Part shown: piece after piece, positions 27,731-40,887 of the stretch
Numbering within the stretch: position 1 is the first letter of the stretch
Layout of the letters: each line of letters starts with the position of its first letter
NCBI GenBank assembly: GCA_951406725.2
Contig: OX597814.1
Span: 63,674,001-63,738,000 of the forward strand
Source: Octopus vulgaris
Taxonomy: Eukaryota
DNA length: 64,000 bases
Reading direction: 5' to 3'
Position numbers and translations under genes: made by a program
The notes under the pieces: generated by a model
What the model was told of the DNA's origin: nothing
What the model saw: the letters and a program-made list of their open reading frames with translations, nothing else
Database searches by the model: none

Positions 27731-28975
27731 TTATCATTATTACTACTACTAGTGTGGCAAGAGCGCAAGAAAAATGCTTTGCAATATTTGGTCCGGTTAT
27801 TCACGTTTTGAGTTCTTGTTCCACGGAGGTCAACAATACTTTTCTTCTTTTAAATCATGAAAGCGCCAGTTTCAGCAATAAATAAAGCACTAGTTAAGTA
27901 TCGTGATCGATGGTAACCCGACTTCCCAAATATTTTGACTTGTACCCAAATTAGAAATTATTATCATTATTGTGATTGCTTTTTATGTTGCTAAGTTTTT
28001 TATGAACATCCAACATTCTTTAAATAAAATATATTTCGTTCTTTTCCCTTTTATTGCCGTTCGTTTCTTACCAACAACAAATGTGAGTAAGAAATATATT
28101 CATTCCAAGCATTGGTGTATTGACATTTGTAACGATTAGAGAATTACTCTATTTATATTTGTTGCTCGAATACGTACATAAACATCGTAAACAGAAGAAT
28201 TATCTGTTGGCTACAAAGTACATCTCTCCTTACTCATTATTCGTTAAAATAATATTTGCTCCAAAAGAATAATTCTTGAAAGTTTCCATAGGTGAAAGAG
28301 AAAACTAGTGAAAAGTTAACGCACGATATTTTTCTTTATTTATTTTTGCAGTTTTTGGAAATAAATAATTATATGAAATAGTGTTGTTAGACAAAATATG
28401 AAAATTTCCTTTACCGATGAATCTGTTCTCTTATCCAGTGTAACTATTTTCTTTTATAGAGGGACTATCACTTAAATAAACATTCTTATTGACTTGTTTT
28501 TCTTAGCAAATTCTTTTAATAACACACAATCGCATACGTGCGCGTACAAATATAGACTGTTCACACAGACACAGAGAAATACACATGTATATTCATAGCC
28601 ACACATAATCACAAACGTTTATATGAGGGTTGTTACAAAGGTGAGCTGAAAGTAGTCAAATCCACATTACAATCGTTTCCGTAGGTGAACGATTTTATTA
28701 TTTAATACTTTATATCTGTTTATGATTCATATTCCTATGATATATATGAAATATATTACATAACACTGTATGAAATCGTTTGTTTACAGAAACTATCGTA
28801 ATGTTGTTTTGACATCTTCGTTTAAATTATTATCATTATTCACTTTGAGGTGCTTATAGCAAGCTTGCTGGATCTTATCTTGCAGTTGTGAAGTGGTCCC
28901 CTTTCAATTAGTCGGAGTCTCACCCATGCTCCTTCAATTATTGAAATATTATGTTAGTCAGGATCTTAGATAATG

Positions 28976-29102
28976 TGCTAATGAGGTGATTGCCAGGATT
29001 ATAATTACCAATTACCCCTTCAATCAATCAATATATATATATATAATGATTGATTGATTGATTGATGAGGTAATTGTAATCCTGGCAATCACCTCATTAG
29101 CA
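28976..29102. repeat. Inverted repeat (about 34-bp arms) around a (CAAT)n-(TA)n-(GATT)n centre
   Basis: tgctaatgaggtgattgccaggattataattacc vs ggtaattgtaatcctggcaatcacctcattagca. Confidence 0.9.
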
Positions 29103-29165
29103 TACACACACAAACACACACACACACATATATGATTGTGTGTGTACATATGTGTGTTTATGTAC

Positions 29166-29235
<70 letters not shown>

Positions 29236-29419
29236 GGTTTCATGTGAAATTATATATGAAAAAATTGGTTTTAAACTTTAAACTGCAGGGGCATCGTTCA
29301 AAGATTTTTTTTATAGAGTACTTGTTTATTTTTACAGAGAAATGGTTGACAGTGTCTCCGACATTTCAGTTTGGTTTATATATGTGTATGTATGTTTGTA
29401 TGTATGCATAATTTCTCTT

Positions 29420-30260
29420 TGAGCTTTATCTAAGTTCTTAAGATAGTCCCAGTCGGTTGCTAACAAAGTGACACGATATTTTTCAGTTAAAGATTTCCCG
29501 GTGTTTGTAAGTATGTATCTGAATCTGCGTCAGTTTAATTTGTTCCTAGCATTTGTGCCTATTTGTAAGTACAAAAATTAAGACATCTGCAATGATAGGT
29601 GCAAATGAGTATTTATAGTAGGGTACAGGAGCTGTAAATTCTGCATTGATTCACTATAATTTTTCTCTTCTTCCTTTACTTGTGATGGTACGTTCATATC
29701 CGTTGGGCTGCTGACCTCTACAACAGTGCATGATTCTTGTTCCCTATCCCGTGGAACAATATCAGGTTTGTTATATTTTCACCGAATTGTTATTTTTATT
29801 GAAGTGATCCACCAGCATTCCTTGTTTTTAAAGGTGTGAATACATGCTAGTTCTGACGTGCATTTGACGTATGTCAGAGCAATCCTTCCTGCAGATAGCA
29901 TTGTAAATAATCTTTGCAATAATATAATGCTTTAGGAACAGGTAGTGTCTCGTAGACATTTTGAGGCAGCTGCTGATGATGTGAGTGGTATCTTCCACAC
30001 TGGCATCGCAGAGCCGACATTTTCTATCATAACGTGGATGTCTGGTGGTATCTTTGTCTTTCTTGTTTATCAGGTATTTATGGGCTGTCTCATGTTAATG
30101 GATAGCAAAGACATATACTTGAAGGTAGGATGTAATGTATCTATTACAAGTTCAGGAAAGACTACGCGTTCTGTCAATGTCGTTGTTATACTCTGGCTTA
30201 TGAGATATGTACCCATTCATTGCTTTTTGGTGGTATAATGCTTTCATCCCCTCCGTGTAT
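29420..30260 (-). mobile_element. Decayed RLE-type LINE (R4/NeSL-like), distinct subfamily
   Basis: Minus strand: RKCRLCDASVEDTTHIISSC (CCHC) and YNKPDIVPRDREQESCTVVEVSSP (PD-D/ExK). Confidence 0.75.
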
Positions 30261-31067
30261 CCATTTATGTATGTGTGTTTCCAAGCTAGTTAGGTTGGTG
30301 TTAACTTAAGTATTATGAGAGCGAATTGGGGGGAAAAGTAGATATAAGAGCCATCAAAGATTAGTCGACGAAAGAGAACATAACTGAATATACCAAGACA
30401 TTAAGAAACACAGAAGTGAGAAATTATGAGGCTGAGTGGTCGAAAGGGGGTGGGGAGTAGCAAGATTGAGTGAGGAAAGCAGAGAGTGGTTACGTAGACC
30501 AGATATAATAAAAAGAAGAAACGAAACCTACTCATAAGTGGAAGATTCTGATAAAATGAAGGTAGAGTAGAAAGAGAAAGGGGTGGAGCGCAAAGAGTAA
30601 AATGAGAAACAGGAAAAAAACTGATAATGAAAACGAAGCAAAGATAGCGTGCTAGTTAAATTGTGACGGACATAATGAAACACATTCAAACACAGTAGGT
30701 GAGTTATAATAACGTAGAGGTCACGTGGAGACAAGTCTGCCGAGCAAGATAACCTTCAGACATTGTCGCTGACGGACATTTTCATTCCATAGTAAATAGA
30801 GAATTATAAGGTTACTTATCTTGGAAAGTATTACGTTCTTTGCTTCAAGCGAGAAAACATGTTCATGTAAAAAGAAATATTTGAATATACTTATCAATTA
30901 CTTAATTGTTTTTAATTTTACGGCGTTCTCTACTTTACACAAATACATACACCTATAGAGGTATGCACGCCCTCACACACAAGCACACACGCACAAACAC
31001 ACACATATGAAAATGTGAAGAGTATACTTTTATGTGTGTATGACGGCGGTGTGATGGCAGGGACTTT

Positions 31068-31500
31068 AAGGATGCGAGCTAGCAGAAACGTTAGCATGAC
31101 GGGCGAAATGCTTAGCGGCGTTTCGTCTGCCATTACGTTCTAAGTTCAAATTCCGCCGAGGTAGACTTTGCCTTTCATCCTTTCGGGATCGATAAATTAA
31201 GTACCAGTAACGCACTGGAGTCGATGTAATCGACTTAATCCCTTTGTCTGTCCTTGTTTGTCTCCTCTATGTTTAGCCCCTTGTGGGCAATAAAGAAATA
31301 AGATACATTAGAGGATCGGGTAAAATACTTAGCGGTTTTTCTTTCGACTCTTTACGTTCTGATCTCTCATCCTGACGAGGTCAGCTTGGCCTTTTATCAT
31401 TTTAGGGGCCGATAAAATAAGTACCAATTGAACACTGGGGTCTCGATAGAAATGACATACCCTCCTACTAAAAATTGCTGTCCTTGTACCAAACTCAGAA
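31068..31500 (+). mobile_element. Two tandem SINE family A copies (31068-31301 young; about 31310-31500 diverged)
   Basis: Family core present twice. Confidence 0.8.
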
Positions 31501-31535
31501 AAAATAATATATCAATGCATATACATAACTAAAAG

Positions 31536-31537
<2 letters not shown>

Positions 31538-31580
<43 letters not shown>

Positions 31581-31602
31581 CTATCTATCTATCTATCTAT
31601 CG

Positions 31603-31640
<38 letters not shown>

Positions 31641-31672
31641 TTATCTATCTATCTACCTACCTACCTATCTAT
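31538..31672. repeat. (CT)n-(TATC)n microsatellite
   Basis: Direct inspection. Confidence 0.9.
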
Positions 31673-31929
31673 CTCTTCCACTGATACAAAAACGCAAATT
31701 CCCTCTCATGAGTGATGATAATGATTACAATATAGGATAAGGAATAAAAATATACTGAATCATATGTATGTATAGATAAATCTATTTGAATTATGACTCT
31801 GAATAGTATGTTAAAAAATAATAAACCTTTAATACGAGAAAACTTCAGTGTAGAAAATATTAATATTGGAAAACCTGCATCCTTCTCCGTAGACATATTT
31901 GTCTCCTATTTTCAGGAACAGTTTAAGGT

Positions 31930-33025
31930 ATTGGTGAACAGTCAACGGCGTTGGGGAGCATAAAGATTAAAAAGTCTACTACTGAAAAATTTGTAAGACT
32001 GTAAGACGTGACATGTTCAGCTGCAACAAAGACTACGAAGCCGTTGTCAGGAGGAAGAGACATAGTACTCATTCTCGTTGCGTCCACACACCAGAATTCG
32101 TCCAAAAACTACAGGACAACGTGATGGAAAGTTCGAGCAAGAGAAACAGACTTTGGCGACAAAAGTGATTGTTGGATTCACCATCATGAATGACCCTGAA
32201 TGTCTCTGAACGAGGACCATCGATGCCTCTCGTACAAGAGGTACAGGCGATAAATGTTGACAGCCAAGTGAAAGCAAATAAGCTCCAGAGCAAGCGGAAT
32301 CATCATGCTGTCCCGGGAATGATCTGATTCTTCTCAGATAAAAAGAACTTCTGCTAGGACCAGTTGCACAATACCCAAAACAAAATGTGCTTGCCTACAA
32401 TTCTTGTTAGGTCCCACGTACCATGAAAACCAAGTTATCTCCCAGATAATATGGTCTTCGAGTGTGTCTCCAGTCAGGGTGATATATCATGTCACAACAC
32501 ATCATTTAAAGAGGGCCTTAGTGTCAATTCAGACGGATATGCGAAGCTGCTGGGATTGTAGTCAAATAGTGGCTGGAGAGGGTTGCTGCTAGAGGCAAAA
32601 CATATGTGTGGTAGCAGGATTCCGATCTTTACCAAACCACCGAAAAAATCAGAGGTGGTTGTCGGAGAAGATCTACTACTTCGCCAGCCCCGATTTCTGG
32701 TTCCCTAATTCCTCCGATTTTAATCCTATGGATTTACTAAACGCGGTAAGCGACTGAAAGAGAGACCAACAAATCTGCTGGCAGTCGAGATCAAGGATGT
32801 GTTCGAAGTTCTTCCCATGGATACAGTGAGGTACGCGTGCCCCAGATTCTGGAGCCGCCTTGAGGCTTTGGTGGAAGCTGACAGCAGCTACTTTGAGGAA
32901 GTTTTCATCTCTCAGCCACACTCAAGTTGATATTTTAAAAACTTTTTAATGCTTTTATTTTTGGATGGTATAGTGTATTTTCTTCTTTTTTTATGCAAAC
33001 TGTCAAATTGAGACCGAATGCACCG
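31930..33025 (+). mobile_element. Decayed Tc1/mariner-superfamily (maT/DD37D-like) transposon
   Basis: FFSDKKNF at about 32327; FWFPNSSDFNPMD at about 32695; right end ...gcaccg TA. Confidence 0.65.
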
Positions 33026-33186
33026 TATGTATGTATGTATGTATGTATGTATGTATGTATGTATGTATGTATGTATGTATACACAAGCACACACATATAT
33101 GTGTATAACTTCATGTATGTATATATATTTATTTATATATATATATATACACGCACACCCACACAAATACATGCATATGCATGTAC

Positions 33187-33232
<46 letters not shown>

Positions 33233-33899
33233 TAGCGTGTGTTTGCGTGCGCGCATAAATAAACTCGTGTATATAATCATCAATACACATACATTATACG
33301 TAATAGTACACATACTTGCATAAAAGGTTAATATCTCACTCATATATACATACTTAACATCAACTCAATCACCATATATACTCAAACTTTGTCCATTTAT
33401 ATACTATGCAGCCATGAAGACCCCATCTGCAGGCGATACATACAGTACACTGTCAACTTTTAATACTATACACAGGCACAGATACACACACTCATACATA
33501 CGCATACATATGCGCACACATTCACACAAACATGTGTGTATATATGTACGTATGTATGTATGTATGCATGCACTTATGTTTCTATTTATACACAGGCACA
33601 GACACACACACACACACACGCACACACACATACATACACACATACACACCGGGGTTTTCAGTGCCAAGTACTGAATGCTAGCCGCATGCTACACTGAAAC
33701 CTTTTGATATGTACTGTTTCACTGGTGGAATGCGCATCTACTGTCGTCACCGGCTGCTGCTGGTCAATTTTCAACTGCAACCGGTATATTGTGTGTTTCC
33801 TAAACACATCAGATCCCTCAGAAGTATTATCACCGGGTAAATACCCCACAGTGAGTATGATACGCAAAATGGATATTTTATTCTAATACAGTTTCCCCC

Positions 33900-34419
33900 G
33901 CATTTAACATATTTTTATTCAAAATACGGCTAAACGGAGCAACGATATATGCAATGGAAGGCCATATCTGTTTCAGTAAAACTCTGCACTATCACACATG
34001 GCTCTAGTAATACAAGAATGGGTGGCTGAAAATTTTCATGATCACATAAGCCCTAATGTTTGGCCTCCTAATTCCCCAGATCTCAATTGGACTATTACAT
34101 GTGGAGCGTTGTTGAAAGAGAGAGAGAGAGGGGGGGGGGTCAATGAACGCCCCCATAACACTAAAGATTCTTTGAAAGCTGCCATATTCAGAGTAATGTC
34201 CAAAATAAACCAGGACCACTTGATTCGAGCATGCAGATGATTTACATCTTATATAGAAGCAGTCGTTGAAGCTGAAGGTGGCTTTATTGAATAACATTAT
34301 AGAAAAGGTTTATTTTGATCCTCATAACATTTTTTGATTAATAAAGTTATTACCTGTTATTATATATCTGTTTTTTTTTTATTAACATAAATCTATCCTC
34401 AAATATCTTATGCACCCTG
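33900..34419 (+). mobile_element. maT/Tc1-like transposon 3' half
   Basis: ISPNVWPPNSPDLN...PHNTKDSLKAAI...LIRAC; ends gcaccctg TA. Confidence 0.7.
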
Positions 34420-35194
34420 TACTAGTAAACGCATCTTTGGACGGTTTAAGTTCCTTTGGTGGAATTTTTTCATCAAATAATTGAAATACTCTGACGGCTT
34501 ATGAGTCGCACTGCAATCTGCGTTTCCGATTAACCACGGAACAGAAAATCAAAATGAAGGCTGGTTATTGTAGAGCTCGCTGCATTGTAATGATCGTAAA
34601 ACGTATAGGTTTGGAAGCGATGCAAAGTAGAGCTACTGAAGTGTTTTGGAAGTAGATTACGGATAATGACTACAAAATATACTCGTTTTACATGAAATAG
34701 GAGGGAGGGAAGGGAACATGACCTTTCAAGTAACTCAGAATAGGTAAAGGTAGGCTTGCCAAAGTTTAATGCAGTTTAAATATGGAGATTAAGATTGTTT
34801 GGTATTGGATATTCATCGTGTAGTGTTTCTAGTCAATTTAGTCATCTTGGCAGGTGGACAGTCGAAATAAAATAGACAAAGTCCTTTCACTTCTATAAAA
34901 AGATAAAAAAGGTGGGAGGACCCTACAAATTTTAAAACAGCTGATTAATGCAAATGAATAGGAAGTAACTATTGTTGATTTTCCATCTCTCTCTAAAGGC
35001 CCCAATATCGATTTTTTTAAAACAAGCAGCCTATGTTCGGAACTGGGATACAAAGCAGATGTGTAGAAAATTTTAAAGAAATGGGATGAAAGATGTAGAA
35101 GTTATTGAGGTACATTCAATCTTTGTACTCGCAGAGAGAGAGAGAGAGAGAGAGGGGAGAGAGAGAGAAGGAGAAAGAGAGACAGTAAACTTCC

Positions 35195-35245
<51 letters not shown>

Positions 35246-36044
35246 GCGGACAGGAAACAGTTTCCTGACGGATCAGTTCACGGTTTATCGACCGCTCTTC
35301 AGAGTAGCCATATCCATTTTCCTTTCATAACCAATGCGATAGAATTTTCAGCCGATATAGCAGTAATGATTTAGGTTAACGATGTAGCGGGTAGTTTAGT
35401 TTCCATGAACACATAGAGATATACCTGAGTGTTTGTGTATATAAACAATAAAATATATACGTGTGTGTCTATATATGTATATATGTACACCTACACAAAC
35501 TTATTTTTACAAATGTTATATACGTGCTGTAAAATAAATTTTAAAATGTGATCAAACAAAAACAAAAATAAACCACAGAGGATGCTGAAAGATCAGCTGC
35601 ATATCCTGGAAAATGTTGTAAACTAAGCTCTCTATGAAAGATATTGCTTAAGAGATAATCTGAAACAATGAAAGAAAGCGGGATTGCTGTTAATGAGAAG
35701 AGAAAACAGAAATGAGTAAATGTGGATTATACCAAACTAATACTGAACAAAACTTTATCATAAATAAAAATATATAAATTGAAAGCGCACAGATCAGATG
35801 ACATGTGAGACAATGTAATCATAAGCTAATTCCATCACCATTCTAGAATAGGGAGATTGTGAGTTTTAAATGAAGCAGTAGTGTGTATACGTAAGAGCTA
35901 GTGAGAGAGAAACTGCATATAAATGAAACAAGTATCAAAGGGTGGAGAAAATCTTCCAAGCAACCGAAAACAAAACATTGTGCGGGCTCAGAACTAAACA
36001 AACATATGCATACATATAGTCATATACGTATATGTATGTAGGTA

Positions 36045-36690
36045 TGAAAAAGTTCCGAGGCTAGTTATGTTTCATGAAAAATAAACTATTTAGATAAGTT
36101 TTAATAACATCTGCTTCAAAATAGCAGATGTTGCATAGCAATACACCGGCCCCAGCTTTCACGTCACTTTTGGAATCCTGTCTGGAAGGCGTTTTCTACA
36201 AGCAAGTCGAGGACCTTTTGCAATTCGCTGTTGGTCTCTACAATGGTGTTAAAACGACTACCTTTGAGCTGCATTTTCATCTGGAGGAATAGATGAAAGT
36301 CCGCCGGTGCTAGATCTGGAGAACAGGGTGGGTGGGGAAGCAATACCATGTTTTTGGCGAGAAAGTCACGAGGGAGGAGAGCTCGGTGATATTGTCGTTG
36401 TAAAGAATCCAGTTCTTCACGCTCCACAGATCGGGTCGATTTCGTCGAATGACCTTCCTCTAATGCTTCAAAACATCATGATTGTCCACCGATGATACTC
36501 ATGCACAAGCTGATGAATTTTCTTCACATTTCTGGCGGTAGTTCTTCCAGATCGCTCATCGTCTTTCAGAGACGTCGTCCGCTTTTGAAATGTCCGTGCC
36601 ACACAAAACATTGCGTAAGACCCATTGCTTTGTCGCCTTAAGCTTGCTGAAGCATCCACAAAGCCTCTTTCACCGGCTTTAACGAATTTA
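36045..36690 (-). mobile_element. Mariner transposase remnant
   Basis: LKDDERSGR; LLPHPPCSPDLAPADFHLF. Confidence 0.8.
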
Positions 36691-37340
36691 CTTATCCTGT
36701 TTACAAGTTGATAATAACTTTTACTTATTCGATATGTGTTATTGCATTTATTACATCCGTCTACATACCTGTTTGCGTAATACACCTTATTATTTCAACC
36801 AATCGCTGAAATTTTGAAACTGCTCTGAAGATCTATCAAGTGCTACATGTTTTCTTCGCCAAAAATATTTGACGTTCTGTTTGCGTCACATCTTTTATAA
36901 ATGAGATAAATGACATAATGTCATTTAAACTTACTTGACCGTCATTATTAAGACGGTCGAGGAATTCGTTTTAAAACCAACTCTTGGTCCGCAGAATTAT
37001 ATGCATCTTGTTTAGGAGGTTGTGACTCAAGAATTTTTATTATTCTTTTATTCGTTTCAGTCATGTGTCTGATGTCATGCTGGAACACATCTGGAATTAT
37101 GCATATCATTCCTCTTCTGCTCTACGTACTTTTCCATTGGTTGTTTGGAAGTACAAGCATTGATTCAGTGATCAGGTATTCCTGCATCTCACTAATAATG
37201 TGTGGATGTGTATGGATGCGCGCGCGAGTGTGTGCATTTCTGTGTATGATTGTAACTGTTGAACGAAACAAAATGGGCGCATTTTGCCGACGAATCATTT
37301 GCATGCAGCTGAGTCAGCGTATTACTAAACATATTTCTGC

Positions 37341-37430
<90 letters not shown>

Positions 37431-37935
37431 ATATGTATATATACACATGCATATATACTTTTTTATAAAAGCTGCAGAATATTCACGGGAATTGTTACTC
37501 GAGCCCGTTCGACGACCAGTTGTGTACCTATTTGTGTGCCTGTATGTGTGGGTATATATGTGTGTGTGTGAGTGTGTATGTGTGTATGTATGTATGTATG
37601 TTTGTATGTTTGTATGTATGTATGTATGTATGTATGTATGTATGTATGTATGTATGTATGTATGTATGTATGAATGTATGTGTGCATGTACGTATGTTTG
37701 TATGTAAGTATGTATGCTATGAAGTATTCAGATGCTGTGAAATATACTGAGTGATTAAGCACACTGACATCTGAAATTTATCCTCTCTTTTATTCCTGGT
37801 CTTTCATTCCTGATGGTCGATTAGAGCGCTAATTAGTTGTGCTGTATAAGAGGATAATTATCTTATTTTTTCTTCATTATATATGTTTGTATATATATAT
37901 ATGTATGTATATGTGAATGTATGTATGTATGTATG

Positions 37936-38009
<74 letters not shown>

Positions 38010-38142
38010 AGATAATGGCGTCATTGAGGCCGAAAGGTTTCAGGTAATGCTGAATAAGTGCTACAGGCAGACCATAGTTAAGGTCCCGATTCGGTAATTT
38101 TGCGAATAAGGGGTTCAACGCTGGTTCTATGTCAGCATGACT

Positions 38143-38256
38143 ATATAAGAATGTTTTCAGTAATAAGATAAAAAACCAAGGCTGTGTAGATTAGAGTATG
38201 CTCTAATATTTACACAGTCTTGGTTTTTTATCTTATTACGCAAAAAATTCTCATAT
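38143..38256. repeat. Fold-back palindrome (about 55-bp arms) ending a short insert between (TA)n tracts
   Basis: gtaataagataaaaaaccaaggctgtgta...ttagag / ctctaa...tacacagtcttggttttttatcttattac. Confidence 0.85.
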
Positions 38257-38997
38257 ATATATATACGCATACCTATATACATATATGCTGAGCCATTAAT
38301 AAAATGTGATATATTCGTTAGTTATGTATCTATGCAGACACTTAAATGTATATGTAAGCGGGCATATGATATCGTGTACATTTTCGCTTCCCAGTGTCAA
38401 TGACACTTAACTTCGCCAGGACAGACTGACATTCAGTAAGCATGCATAGTTAGAAATTGCAGATCGTTGCTGCAAGCAGAGGGACTACGTTAAAATTGCC
38501 GCATCCTTCATTGATTCCCTGTGCAAAGCTCAAATGGTAATACTGCAATATTTAATACAGAAGAAAAGATCAAATAATTAACGCTATTCATTGTGGTAAA
38601 TATGCATATGCGTATGTGTTTACAAATGTTATTTATAAACAGAGTATACTTATGTTATTTAAAATATATCAAATATATTCAGAATCTCAGAGAGATCATA
38701 GGTCTCTCAGAATCTATAAATCCTGCGACTGAGAGTTCTTTTGTTCAGCCATGGCAGTCTATTTGCTCAATATAAATATAGTTTTATTATGCATATGGTC
38801 TCTTCTGTAGAAAAATAAATTGAAATATATTGCGCCGGTAATAACATTAAATAATATATGCATACATACATACATGCATATATGTGTGAGTGTGCTTGTG
38901 CATGTGTATGTATGTATCTATATATACATATATATATGTGCATATATATATATATGTATATATACATGTATACATACACATATCTATCTATCTATCG

Positions 38998-39037
<40 letters not shown>

Positions 39038-39056
39038 GTCTATCTATCTATCTATA

Positions 39057-39211
39057 TATACTCTTTATTTTCTCTCCTTGTTTCTTTCTGTGGAATGGCG
39101 TAGGCTCGAAACATTAAAGACTGTTTCACTTCCCGAGCGTTAAACTAATACATCTGTTTGTTGTCTACACCACCTGTCTTCGTCTTTTTTTTTTTTTTGT
39201 GAATTATCTCC

Positions 39212-39253
<42 letters not shown>

Positions 39254-39405
39254 ATCTTTTCTCTCTCCACATTTCTTTCTGTAGAAGAGCTTAAGCCCGA
39301 AACGTCATAAGATCCACCAGTTTTCGTGCGTGTCAAACTAATACACTTCTTTTATTGTTCTCACACTTGCCTCCTTCATTTGTCGTAGTTTCATTTTGCA
39401 CAATA
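39057..39405 (+). mobile_element. Two tandem solo copies of a Penelope-like 3' end, each with an HHR-like motif
   Basis: 39057-39212 matches the reverse complement of 50010-50160; a diverged second copy lies at 39252-39405. Confidence 0.75.
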
Positions 39406-40887
39406 TATATATGCGTGTGTATATGTATATGTATTTATTTATTTATTTATTTATTTATTTTTTTATCTAGTTTCAGCTCACAAGCTGTGGCCGTGCTGGG
39501 GCACTGCCATTTGGTGTTGCTACATGATTTTACTTCACGAATGCTTTTTAGCAACTGCCATTTGGTGCATGAGAGTGTTCGATGCAGCTGCGCTCATCTG
39601 CACTTCCTGCCGTGAAGTTGGTTCATCTGGGAGACCTGACAAGAAGAAATCCAGTTTTATTTTAAAGACATCTGCATCCACCTCATGCAGGTCTCTTAGG
39701 TTCTTCGGGAGGATATTGAAGAGCTGTGGGCCTCGTAAGCCCAGGTTATCACAGTATCTCGTCCTGCATCTTGATGGCAAATTTAAAGTCCTTGGCACTA
39801 TGCAGTGGCGCCCAGTTTTGGCATTTGTGTAACTCTCGATGCCAAAGTTTGGGACAAGTCCTTCTAGGATCTTCCAGATGTATATTATGGCATATCTTTC
39901 TCGCCTACGCTCTAAGGAATAGAGTCTTAATCTCTTGAGTCTTTCCCAGTAGCTTATATGCTGCACAGAGGCTATCTTCTTCGTGTAGCTTCGTTGTATC
40001 GCCTCAAGTTCTGTGATTAACTTGACACTGGATGGTGACCATAGCTGAGAGCAATAGTCAAAGTGGCTTAGGACAAGTGTCCTCCAGAGGACCATTATGG
40101 TTTCCTGGTCTCATGTTCTAAAGGTTCTAAGAATCCATCCGGTCAGCCGCCTACATTTCATTGCCAATTTAGCAACATGCACATGAAAGGTTGCATCATC
40201 ACTCATGTAAATACCCAGGTCTCGCACTGATCGTGCCTCTGGGATTGCAATCCCTCCAGGTCCAGTGTATTCATTGGGTATTGCATTTAGTTTTGCATGC
40301 TGATAGCATAGAGCTTGAAACTTTTCAGCATGCTATTCTTTTCAGCCCACTTGTATATTTTGTCCAGCTCACATTGCAGGTGCTTAGTGTCTTCAGGGTT
40401 CTGTACTGCCTGTGAAACTTTTGTATCATCTGCATAACTTGTGATCGTGGCTCTCTGCGTGGCTGAGGGCATGTCTGAGAGGGCCATTATGAACAGTAGT
40501 GGTCCCAAAACATTGCCCTGCGGAACACCGCTCACTATTTGCGTGTTAATGGAAGTGGCCCCATTGGCTACTACCACCTGACTTCTATCCTTCAGAAAGT
40601 CATGAAGCCATTCTCCCAATTTTCCAACTATGCCAAGATCACGCAGCTTGTGACATATGATTCCATGATCGACTTTATCAAAGGCCTTTGCAAAGTCGAG
40701 ATATATGACTTCCACATTTGAGTGGTTGAGCAGTCGTTTCAGCACCCAGTCATCGTGTTGTAGGAGCTGAGTTAAGCAGCTTCTTCCTGGTCGGAAACCA
40801 TGTTGGGTGTCAGGCAGCAAGTCATTTTCTTCAAGGAAGGTGATTAGTTTCCTTCTGACTATTCGTTCCATGACCTTGCTGATGTGT

